From positions 2,420,773-2,484,772 of the forward strand of contig MU008155.1 of assembly GCA_010909165.1 (NCBI GenBank): a DNA stretch of 64,000 bases, in the 5' to 3' direction. The DNA comes from Anthoceros angustus (taxonomy: Eukaryota > Plantae > Anthocerotophyta). A program made the position numbers and the translations under genes. The notes beneath the pieces are model-generated. The model was not told the origin of the DNA, did not search any database, and saw only the letters and a program-made list of their open reading frames with translations. Of the stretch, positions 14,196 through 25,865 are shown in pieces. The stretch's first letter is position 1. Every line of letters starts with the position of its first letter.

Positions 14196-16350
14196 CTCCA
14201 CTCGGGGGCTCGTTTACTTAGTTGGGATTCGTCCCTTAGGCTGCACTGTGGCCTTCCACTAACACCTACACCTCTAATCCTCTCATCTTCTCATCTCCTC
14301 ATCCTCTTCCTCCTAGTCTAACCTCGATTCGGGCTTCTTGGTTTACTCGCCCTTACGGCTGGCGCACAGGTCAGCCTCCACCCCAAGTTCTTCCTTGGGC
14401 GGTTGCTATGAGTTTGACCCAGAGAGCCTCGAGAGTCTTTCCATGAAGTCTACCCTCAAGCGAGTTCTGGGCATTTGCCACACACCCAAAGCAAAGCAAT
14501 TTCCAACCATTCACAAGGAGCAACTCGTTTAGGCACTTGCGAGCAAGTCCTCCACCAAGCACTCCGACCACATGACTTCCTGCAGTGTATTTGGCTCGAC
14601 ACGAAATTCCTCTGTAATGGGGACTCATTTCAAGACATGATACTTTACTTTGTGAAATCCTCCTCCTCAGGCCTTTACATACAACTCACTTGCTTCCTTG
14701 ATTGGGTAGCCAATTTTGCACGAAGGGCATAATGCACAAAACCTTCTTACTACCCATTCTATGTACCACTTTCTTGTGGTACTCCTCCTCTGGGACCTTT
14801 TTCCTTCCAAGTCCTCTATTCGTTGAGCAAGCCCTTCCCTCTCTTGCATCTTTCTCGCTCCACAGTTCTTGGTTTTGAATTTCCATCGGGCGCTTCTCTT
14901 CCAAACTAGGGCTCTTCTCAACTCTTCCTTCATGTCCGGATCTGGATGGCTTGCGTAGCCATCACTGTTCTTGGCGTCCATTTCTTTGGACGCTACCTTC
15001 TCCTTCCAAGCCTCTGTTTTGCCCTTGCTCTTGCTCTAATTGGGCAAAATGCTCCTCATATACATCTCCATGAGTCTCGTTGGGTGGTTGCTCGGATGGC
15101 TCTTTCTTGGTTTTGAGCCAACCTCCCTCAAGACCTTCTCCGCTGATCCATAAGGTGTGGAGCTTCTCCTGACCTTTTTCCAGCTTGGCTGCCTTTTCGT
15201 CGGACTCCATGGCCTCCAATTGCCATTTGGTCCCTGCCTTCCTCCCGGCCATGTCTTGAGATTTCACTTCTTCTTGACATGCCCACAAGGAAGCGGCTGT
15301 TTCTCTAGCCTTTTTCAAATCCACACGGCTGAGTGCTTCACAAGCACCCAGCAATTCTCCTAGGGGTCCTAATTCCACCCCTTCTTTCTTCTTGCTGGAA
15401 ATCTCCAGCTCTCCTGCACCTCTCGGGCCATCGGCGTGGCCGGCCCTTCCGTCGCTCCATCCGCCTCCCACCACGCGGAAGATGGTGGCCTCGGCCGCTC
15501 ATGGCGCTCTCGCGTTCTTCTCCTTCCCTTCCACCTTGGTGGCTGTTTTGCTGGCGTGGGGTGCCTGCCTACCTGGTGGGCTGCTCGTGGTAGTCGCCTA
15601 CCTACCATGGTAGGGCGCCTATGATGGTGCCCACCCCTTGGGTGGCGCCCTCGGGGTAGTCAGCCGGGTGCCTCTCGTAGGCACAAAGGAGATGGTGGGG
15701 ACTCCCCACTCTCGGGGTTGTCACCCCTCATGGTCCTTCTCTCATAGACCACCATCCGGCCTTCTTGGCGCTTCTTGCTCTTCTTCCCTTGCTTGCTCAC
15801 AGAAAGGATTCCCACTCGGCAACTTTGTTGCCTCGAACCTTCTCCTCTTGCCTCTAGCATTTTTGTGGAGTCGACCTCCCACCGTCTTCGCAATGCAAAG
15901 GCAAAGGCCTTTCCAACCTCGGTGGAGATGGATGACCTCAAAGGGATGCCATGCATCTTCAAGCTCCTTGCTTGTGAGAGTCCCTCGGTTTCCCATAAAT
16001 GCACCAAATAGGTGCTAAGATAGCAGGCCTTGGTCCTTCCTCATCCACAATTTGGCTTGAGGAGCTTCTCTCGATGGTGTATACGCTTCATACATGATAG
16101 TCCCCAATCGGCTTGGCTCCCATGGAAATCTTCCACAAAAATTGGAGGAAGTTGGTCTTTGAAATAAGAGGTCGTTGGTAATTTACCAACCCAGCACAAT
16201 CTTTGCGAAGAGCCTCCACTTGACTCCTTGATGCTCTCGGTCTTCCGGCCATTCTTGGCGTGGGCCTTCACTCCTCCATCCATCATGTCAAGGAACTCCT
16301 GCGGGATGTCGGAGGCTGTCCTCTTCCCCCATTCAACCTTTCGAGAGAGA

Positions 16351-17690
16351 GCAATTCGGAGCTTTCTTCCTCCGGTCTTCCACACTGTCGAATACTTCTC
16401 ACGGTCCAGCGGATCGTTCTAGCATTCCTTGAGGTGGCTTCCGATTGATGGAGGTTGATGTAACACTCCTCAATCAATTCCAAATTGGTGTAGGCCCATT
16501 GGCGGCCATACACCCATCCTAGTTGGATGTTCTCCTCCTCGCTTCGAAAATCAACCAAATCTCGGGGTTGAGCTGCCCAAAGCAAGTGAATTGGGGCATC
16601 ACAAGTTCACCTCCCACAGCGGCCTTCTTTCTTCCTTTTCCTCGAGGAGAGCAATTCGGAGCTTTCTTCCTCCGGTCTTCCATACATCGAATACTTCTCA
16701 CGGTCCAGCAGGGGATCGTTCTAGCATTCCTTCGGTGGCCTTGGTGATTGATGGAGGTTGATGTAACACTCCTCAATCAATTCCAAATTGGTGTAGGCCC
16801 ATTGGCGGCCATACACCCATCCTGTTGGATGTTCTCCTCCTCTTGCTGAAAATCAACCAAATCTCGGGGTTGAGCTGACAAAGCAAGTGAATTGGGGCAT
16901 CACAAGTTCACCTCCCACAGCGGGCGACCTCTTCTTTCTTTCCTTTCCTCTCGCGAGGAGGCCCTTGCAGGCGGCTCCTTTCCTTGCCTTTTCGAGGAGA
17001 GCAATTCGGAGCTTTCTTCCTCCGGTCTTCCATACATCGAATACTTCTCACGGTCCAGCAGGGGATCGTTCTAGCATTCCTTCGGTGGCCTTGGTGATTG
17101 ATGGAGGTTGATGTAACACTCCTCAATCAATTCCAAATTGGTGTAGGCCCATTGGCGGCCATACACCCATCCTGTTGGATGTTCTCCTCCTCTTGCTGAA
17201 AATCAACCAAATCTCGGGGTTGAGCTGACAAAGCAAGTGAATTGGGGCATCACAAGTTCACCTCCCACAGCGGGCGACCTCTTCTTTCTTTCCTTTCCTC
17301 TCGCGAGGAGGCCCTTGCAGGCGGCTCCTTTCCTTGCCTTTCGAGGAGAGCAATTCGGAGCTTTCTTCCTCCGGTCTTCCATACATCGAATACTTCTCAC
17401 GGTCCAGCAGGGGATCGTTCTAGCATTCCTTCGGTGGCCTTGGTGATTGATGGAGGTTGATGTAACACTCCTCAATCAATTCCAAATTGGTGTAGGCCCA
17501 TTGGCGGCCATACACCCATCCTGTTGGATGTTCTCCTCCTCTTGCTGAAAATCAACCAAATCTCGGGGTTGAGCTGACAAAGCAAGTGAATTGGGGCATC
17601 ACAAGTTCACCTCCCACAGCGGGCGACCTCTTCTTTCTTTCCTTTCCTCTCGCGAGGAGGCCCTTGCAGGCGGCTCCTTTCCTTGCCTTT
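16351..17690. repeat. Four tandem copies of a 300-350-bp unit
   Basis: gcaattcggagc at 16351, 16651, 17001, 17350; the later copies are almost identical. Confidence 0.97.
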
Positions 17691-20600
17691 TCCCATGGCA
17701 CCTTCCTTCGCTTCAGCGAAGTTACTCTCCAATTAAATTTCACTTTTCCAACACTCCTTCTTGTCACTAAACTTCTCAGGCCAATCCGGGGCCTTCTTCC
17801 TCCGGCTCCCCGGCTCTTGATTCTTCCACGGTCTCAACAAAAGCGCAAATTCTTCTCCTCTTGCCTCTAGCATTCCTTCCTTCCTCATCCACAATTTGGC
17901 TTGAGGAGCTTCTCCTTTCCTTCCTTCGCACCGCTCTTCCTCTTGGGTGTAGATGGCGGCGGCGGCTCGCGATGGCGATCTCCTTCTCTCTTCCTTTTCC
18001 TCTCGCGAGGAGGCCCTTGCCAGTGGCTCCTTTCCTTGCCTTTGCATGGCACCTTCCTTACTTCAGCAAGGATTACTTTTTCTCAATTTGTGCTCAAGCC
18101 CTCAACACTCCTTCTTGTCATGGGACACACGAGGCACAAACGTAGCCACATTGAGCCACGGCGATTTCCTTCCTTGATTTCTCTGGGCAGGCGCCGCGTG
18201 GTGTGATCCTTTCCTTCTCCTTTCCTTCTCCTTTCCTTCTCCTCTTGCCTCTAGCATTCCTTCCTTCTCCTTCTCCTCTTCCCCCATTCAACCTTTCGAG
18301 GAGAGCCCTTGCAGGCGGCTCCTTTCCTTCTCCTTCTCCTCTTCCTTCTCCTCTTCCTTCTCCTTTCCTCTCGTGTAGTCGCGGCGGCATGGCGGCTCTT
18401 TCCTCTTCCTTCTCCTTGTGGTTCGCTCCGGCTCCGGTCTGAAGTTAGTTCGAAGGAAGTTGGCGGCGCCCAGCGCACTTTGCCCTCCTTTTGCCACGGC
18501 GTTCCCAACCCTAGATTGGATTCATCATTCCAAAATCCTAATACCTTTTCCTATCATGACCTAATTAACCTTCTAATTATTTATTCCTATTGGTGAGCAT
18601 ATAGTGGATATCCCCTTATTCTAATTTCCTTTTAGAGATTCGTCGGTCTACCATGATACTACCGATGTCACTTCCTTTCGACCTACGGCGTAGTGTGGCC
18701 CTACGGTGATGCCTGACCTAACCTTTGGTGCCCTCCGCCTCATGCGGGTCGTTTCGAGTTCTTCTTCACAGGATATCCTCTTCATCTTCCTAACAATATC
18801 CTACAACTCCGACTTCAAGATTCTCGAAAATTTCTTGGCATGCTCCTCTTCAATCGTTCTAGCCAAAAAAAATCAAACTTGTTAGTCTTGAGCTTTTGAA
18901 GTATGGTTGCTGTTGCGTAGTGGTCGATTTGATCATGGAAGTCAAGCAAAGAAGACCTCAACCACCTCCCACCATGGTGATCTAGAAAGGATGATGACGG
19001 TGGTGGGAAGCACCACCATCCCTAAGGCGCAACAAAATGCGAGCAATGGGAGTGAAGGCGTCGGCTTTGTGCATGGTGATGGAGGAGGTCCGGACACGAG
19101 GTATCACGAGTGCATTGGCATTCTATTCACAAGTCGATAATGTATCCGATGGCTACGACTCACTGACTCACGAAGTTCCACCAGTTCATTTGGGGGCGAT
19201 TCGAAAAGGACATAGATGCATGTTGGACTTGGTGCAAATCAAGTTGTTTTATGTGGCTTCAAGCGTCGAATACGAGTGAAGCTCAACTTCAAAGATCCCG
19301 CATCCTTAGAGACATATCTACATTACTCGAACGATCGGATTGGGTGGCCATCACAGTTGGCGGGAAGTAATAGGGTTTGTGAGGATGGAAGTTCAACAAA
19401 AGCGCAAATTCTTCTCCCGTAGTGCATGCGAGGCCTTCCACATGGTGTGTATATCGGAGAAGAAGAGATGAAACAACTGCAGATGTGCCAAAAGATGCTC
19501 GAGGAGACCACATATGAGGCTTTCGTTTTGAAACGATCAAGGCCAAATAGATGCAGTCCGACAAGTTGTTGAGGTTGAGGGGCACACCATTCTAGCACCA
19601 AAACCTACAATTGTTGGTATAAAAAGAGGAAGCTGGAAAAGCATACGTAAAGGCGATCATAATGGGGTCAGATGATACCAAGGAGCTCAATCATCCCTCA
19701 CAGTTATTTGGTTGAGCTTGAACTTCAAAGTTCGATTGGTGGCTACCGCATAGCCGGCCGAGAAGTGCAGCTACGCTCTCGAAGGCGCATGGAAGAAATC
19801 CTTGGTTCATCCATCCATCCAAACGAACCCACAAGAAAGTACTCTAGCGCCTTGAGCTCACAAGAAAGTATTTGAGCGCCTTCAAACTCACGGGACCAAT
19901 ACTTTAGTGCCTTCCAACTCAGGATAATAGTCTAGCGCCTTCAAACTCACAGGACCCATACTCTCGCCTTCCAACTTACGAGGATAATACTCCGCCTTCA
20001 AACTCATAGAAAATATTCTAGTGCCTTCCAACTCACAGGATAATACTCTAGCCTTCAAACTCACGGAAAAATATATTTGGCCCTTCTTAGATCCATTGTT
20101 AAATACTCTAACGCCCGGACTCACACTAGGGAGTTCAACACGTCATGGCTCACTCACCGGGAGGTCACTATGTGAGAAACTTTGCGAGCAATTGGAGCAA
20201 CATAAGTCGCCAAGGAGTGTGGATCGGGCATTGGGAGAGGGAAAAGGGCATGAGGATCGGGAGAGAAGGGAAGGAAAGAGAGAGGTATGTAGAGAAGATA
20301 TGGGTGAAAAAGGATAACATGAGAAACAATATAAATATGGAAGATGAAGAGAAGGGGAAAATGGGAAAATGGGAAGGGAGAAACAAAAGAAATGAGAGGA
20401 TATGGAGAAATAGTAAAGAATCTTCCTCTTGAGCGAGGAATGTTTTATTGAAAGGCAAAAAAAAATGGTATATATACACGGCCGAGTGAGTTGTAATCAC
20501 ATCGTGCGATTGAGAATGCGAAACTTACTCAACTATATCAAATGCTATTAAACATTGTTTCGTCACCTTGTGAAGCGTGCCTAAACCTCACTTTGATCGA

Positions 20601-20999
20601 CGTCTAAGACCCCCATCTCCACAACACTCCCCTCGTTCTTGATCCGGTTCTTCGTTCTACGCCGCCATGACGTCCATCGGGCATGCTTCTCGCTGTTCCT
20701 CTCGGCATCCTCTCGACCATCCGGTGGCTTCTCAAGCTCGCGACTCACGATCTCGGCTATGAGCCAAAAATTGAAAGCCTCGAGCATTTGGAGTAGCCAG
20801 CATGATCCGAAAAGAGCGCGCCGATGTTGAACACAAGAGCCGCGGTCGGCCCAAGATGCATGGCGTAAGTATAGAAAGGTTTAGAATTGCGAACTCCAAC
20901 CTTTGCCTCCGGATGACGGTGAGAAGAGCTTATGAAGAGTGGTGATCAAGGTGTCTTTGGCGAAGTCAACGCCTTCCCTCAAGGTTCGCCGAGGGGCTG

Positions 21000-21970
21000 A
21001 GCTCCATCACCCGGATAAGCTTCCTTGCTCGAGTCCTATACCTCTTACATGCTTCTCGTGGAGTACCTTGGGTGCCTTGGTGAGCGGTCGATTTATTGCC
21101 CTTGATGTCGACATCAGACGCCTAAGCTCGCTTATGAGCAACCACCGTGGGATGAAATGGTGTTGTATCTCCACATGTTTGGTCCTTGTGTGCGGTTGGG
21201 TTGTAGGTCATGGCAATTGCATCTTGATGGTCGCATAGTAGTTTGGTTGGTTGATCCGCCTCCTCGGATGTCGCTCGGAATTGTCGAATCCAAGGAATCT
21301 CCTTTTGCCGCTAGGGAAGTTCTTTGCATACTCCGCTTGGTGGAGACGGTCACATGCAACAATTGCATCCCGGAGACTAACCCGTTGTTGAGGATCATGC
21401 AGAGCTGGGTAGACTTGCGTGCATCCGGATCTCCCGATGCATTTGAGTAGGAGGTTAACTAGTACAAGCTTGAAGTGGTGTTTTTGTATACAAGTCCAAG
21501 GGATTTGCAGCCCTTCAAGTAGCGGAGGATGCGCTTGACGCTAGTCCGATGGGCTCTCCCATGGTTGGAGAGGTATCTTGATGCAATATTCACACTGTGA
21601 CATGTCCGCGGTCCACATTGCCAAATAGAGTAGGCTAGCCGCCAGCCTCAGAGGGCACTTGGGACATCTCATGAGCTTCTTCCGAGTTGTGGGGCGGTCC
21701 ATCGGCGGATAGCTTCTCGCCGGAAGCAATAGGAGTGGAGACGGGCTTGGCATCGCTCAGCTTCAATCTCTCGGCAGTCGACAGCGTGTCAGCGGATGAA
21801 CAGGCGGGTGTGCATGAACTGCACATCGAGAGCGTATCGAAGGGGTCCCTTGAGTGCCAGACGGTGCAATGATTACCTACGAAAGTGATTGTAAGGTGGT
21901 GTTTAGTTGCTAGCTTGCACACTAATAGCAAGTTCTTGGTCATTGCAGCACGTGGAGAACGCCATTAATG
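21000..21970 (-). pseudogene. Copia RT/RNaseH fragment, array copy
   Basis: Same motifs. Confidence 0.9.
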
Positions 21971-22022
21971 GTGAGCAGCTCTCCATCTTCCCTTCCTTCC
22001 CTATACGATGGCTTCACGATAA

Positions 22023-22623
22023 GCTCACATGCATAGAATAAATATTATTTTGATAAATTAAAATAATGCAGATATAAACTAATATTTACATAAATCATGA
22101 ATATTACTATTTTCATTTAGATATTATAAAGTTAATCAGATTGTACTATAATAAATACTAAAATACAATATAGTAACCCTTTACCTATTGAAAACTTATT
22201 TAATAATCTATTAATAAATAAAATCTCAAACTCATCGAAATATGGGACATGGGGCATGGAACTCGTTTTTCTATTTGGGCTATATATGTATGTGAGCCCC
22301 ACCATCTATATTCAAACATGATATATCCAATCTCATTGTATGATAAAGAATACTATGGGACATAGTGCATGGAACCCATTTTTCCTATTTGGGCTATATA
22401 TGTATGTGAGCCCCACTATATTCAAACATCATATATCCAATCTTGATGTATGCTAAAGAATATCATTATCACCCATTCTTTTGAATTTTATTAGAATGTT
22501 TAGTTTTCTCATCGGTTCTCTCTTGAGAGGTTATCATTAGTTTGATCTTTGTAGAGTTACCTATCCATATTCCTTTGGGTTCTTTCTTTATTCTTATTTG
22601 CCTTTGGTCCTTTCTAGTCTATT
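22023..22623. repeat. AT-rich spacer of the monomer with two ~112-bp direct sub-repeats (possibly LTR-derived)
   Basis: gggacat(gg/ag)(g/t)gcatggaac...ctatatatgtatgtgagccccac...tattcaaacat occurs twice per copy (three times at 26142, 26255, 26367). Nearly invariant between monomers. LTR origin is inference. Confidence 0.85.
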
Positions 22624-23630
22624 ATGGCTAATGATGATGCTCCCGTTAGCGTTGTACCTTACACATGGGTGGATGATTCCTAGAATCGGATGCCCACATT
22701 GGTTTCTACATTGAAGACGCAAGGAAGCATGAGGATGAGGTGGTGACGCTCCTTCCTTACCTTGGAACTTCCAAGCTAAAGACCCTTCCGGACCGCTTTC
22801 TAAGTATACCTTGAAGTTGGTAGACGTGGTCGATTTGATCATGGAAGTCAAGCAAAGAAGACCTCAACCACGGCCTCCCACCATGGGCGATCTAGAAAGG
22901 ATGATGACGTAATGGTGGGCACCACCATCCCTAAGGCGCAACAAAATAGCGAACAATGGGAGTGAGGCGTCGGCTTTAGCATGGTGATGGAGGAGGTCCA
23001 GACACGAGGTATCACGGAGTGCATTGGCATTCTATTCACAAGTCGTATAATGTGTGTCGATGGCACGCTACGTGCCGACTCACCTTCGTGAAGTTCCACC
23101 AGTTCATTTGGGGCGATTCGAAAGGACATAGCCGTGATTCGGGACTTGGTGCAAATCAAGTTGTTTTATGTGGCTTCAAGCGTCGAATACGAGTGAAGCT
23201 CAACTTCAAAGATCCCGCATCCTTAGAGACATATCTACAGGCGGCCGGATTGGGTGGCCATCACAGTTGGCGAGAAGTAATAGGGTTTGTGAGGATGGAA
23301 GTTCAACAAAGCGCAAATTCTTCTCCCGTAGTGCATCGGAGGCCTTCCACATGGTGTGTATATCGAGAAGAAGAGATGAAACAAGCTGCAGATGTGCCAA
23401 AAGATGCTCGTAGGAGACCACATATGAGGCTTTCGTTTTGAGAAAGTCAAGGCCAAATAGATGCAGTCCGACAAGTTGTTGAGGTTGAGGGGCACACCAT
23501 TCTAGCACCAAAACCTACAATTGTTGGTATAAAAAGAGGAAGCTGGAAAAACATACTGACCGTAGGCGATCATAATGGGTATGATGATACCAAGGAGCTC
23601 AATCATCCCTCACAGATTATTTGGTTGAGC
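22624..23630 (+). pseudogene. Degenerate Copia gag-like segment, reference copy
   Basis: Same motifs. Further copies at 26634-27650, 30529-32650 (internally triplicated), 33660-34400 (partial), 40520-41525, 44420-46268 (internally duplicated), 49183-50178, 53100-53810 (partial), 55010-56000. Confidence 0.5.
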
Positions 23631-24907
23631 TTGAGCTTCACAAAGTTCCGCTTGGGTAGCTACCTTTGCATAGCCTGAGAAGTGCCGCCTGCTCTCGAGC
23701 TGCAGGAAGAAATCCTTGGTTCATCCATCCATCCGCTCGAACCCACAAGAAAGTACTCTCTAGCGCCTTCACAAGAAAGTATTTGGCGCCTTCAAACTCA
23801 GGACCAATACTTTAGTGCCTTCCAACTCACAGGATAATAGTCTAGCGCCTTCAAACTCAGACCCATACTCTACCCTTCCAACTTACGAGGATAATACTCT
23901 AGCGCCTTCAAACTCATAGAAAAATATTCTAGTGCCTTCCAACTCACAGGATAATACTCTAGCGCCTTCAAACTCAGAAAAATATATTTGGCTCCTTCTT
24001 AGATCCATTGTTAAATACTCTAACGCCTTGACTCACACTAGGGAGTTCAACACGCCATGGCTCACTCACACCGGGAGGTCACTATGTGAGAAACTTTGCG
24101 AATCAATTGGAGCAACATAAGTCGCCAAGGGAGTGTGGATCGCGATGGGAGAGGGAAAAGGGCATGAGGATCGGGAGGAGAAGGGAAGGAAAGAGAGAGG
24201 TATGTAGAGAAGATATGGGTGAAAAAAGGATAACATGAGAAAACAATATAAATATGGAAGATGAAGAGAAGGGAAAATGGGAAAATGGGAAGGAGAAAAC
24301 AAAAGAAATGAGAGGATATGGAGAAATAGTAAAGAATCTTCCTCTTGAGCGAGGAATGTTTTATTGAAAGGCAAAAAAAAATGGTATATATACACGGCCG
24401 AGTGAGTTGTAACATCGGAGATTTGAGAATGCCGAAACTTACTCAACTATATCAAATGCTATTAAACATTGTTTTACGCCTTACCTTCGCGAACGTGCCT
24501 AAACCTCACTTTGATCGCCCTAAGACCCCCATCTCACAACACTCCCCTCGTTCGATCCGGTTCTTCGTTCTACGCCGCCATGACGCCCATCGTGCATGCT
24601 TCTGCTTCTCGGCATCCTCTCGACCATCGGTGGCTTCTCAAGCTCGCGACTCACGATCTCGTATGAGCCAAAAATTGAAAGCCTCGAGCAAGTGGGTAGC
24701 CAGCATGAGATCCGAAAAAGGCGGCAGATGTTCCGAACACGCAAGAGCCGCTTGCCGCAAGATGCATGGCGGGCGTAAGTATAGAAAGGTTTAGAATTGC
24801 GAACTCCAACCTTGCCTCCGGATGACGGTGAGAAGAGCTTATGAAGAGTGGTGATCAAGGTGTCTGGCAGTCAACGCCTTCCCTCAAGGTTCGCCGAGGA
24901 GCCTCGA

Positions 24908-25865
24908 GCTCCATCACCCGGATAAGCTTCCTTGCTCGGTCCCTATACCTCTTACATGCTTCTCGTGGAGTACCTTGGGTGCCTTGGTGAGCAGTCGATT
25001 TGTTATCATGATATCGACATCATGGTGCCCAAGCTCGCTATGAGCAACCACACGTGGGATGAAATGGTGTTGTATCTCCACATGTTTGGTCCTTGTGTGG
25101 TTGGGTTGTAGGTCATGGCAATTGCATCGATGGTCGCATAGTAGTTTGGTTGGTTGATCCTGCTCCTCCGGATGTCGTGAATTATCGAATCCAAGGAATC
25201 TCCTTTTGCCGCTAGGGAAGTTCTGCATACTCCGCCGGTGGAGGCGGGCACACAGTCAAGCAATTGCATCCCGGAGACTAACCGTTGTTGAGGATCATGG
25301 GTCTGCGTAGACTTGCGTGCATCCGGATCTCCCGATGCATTTGAGTAGGAGGTTAACTAGTACAAGCTTCTTTGGAAGTGGTGTTTTGTATACAAGTCCA
25401 AGGATTTGCAGCCCTTCAAGTAGCGGAGGATGCGCTGACGCTAGTCCAAAGGGCTCTCCCATGGTTGGAGAGGTATCTTGATGCAATATTCACACTGTGA
25501 CATGTCCGGCCCGGTCCACATTGCCAAATAGAGTAGGCTAGCCGCCCGGCCTCGGCGTAGGGCACCAGGACATCTCATGAGCTTCTTCCGAGTTGTGGGG
25601 GTCATCGGATAGCTTCTCATGGGAAGCAATAGGAGTGGAGACGGGCTTGGCATCGCTCGCTTCAATCTCTCCGGCAGTCGTGTGGTGTCACAGCGGATGA
25701 ACAAGAGCGGAGAATTGTGCATGAGGCACATCGAGGCGTCAAGGGGTCCCTTGAGTGCCGACGGTGCAATGATTACCTCGAAAGTGATTGTAAGGTGGTG
25801 TTTAGTTGCTAGCTTGCACACTAATAGCAAGTTCTTGGTCATTGCACGTGGAAGCATACATTAAT
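24908..25865 (-). pseudogene. Copia RT/RNaseH fragment, reference copy
   Basis: ORF 24914-25228 gives HPEEQDQPTKLLCD...HTRTKHVEIQHHFIPRVVA...LLTKA. Confidence 0.9.

Larger units (their letters stand above)
13780..18915 (-). mobile_element. ~5.1-kb non-array insert, probably an LTR-retrotransposon accessory-ORF/UTR fragment
   Basis: Interrupts one monomer (spacing 12994 to 22023 = 9029 bp, about 3890 + 5140). Carries stop-interrupted charged minus-strand frames and internal tandem repeats. No LTR pair or pol domains found. Confidence 0.55.
13587..19716 (+). pseudogene. Degenerate gag-like segment split by the ~5.1-kb insert (13587-~13775 and ~18918-19716)
   Basis: Monomer sequence stops after gtataccttgaa (13772) and resumes at gtggtcgatttgatc (~18920). 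Confidence 0.5.

Noticed and set aside
15601-15614. 14-bp palindrome cctaccatggtagg
   Set aside because: Single short palindrome with no associated structure; not unexpected in 64 kb of repetitive DNA.
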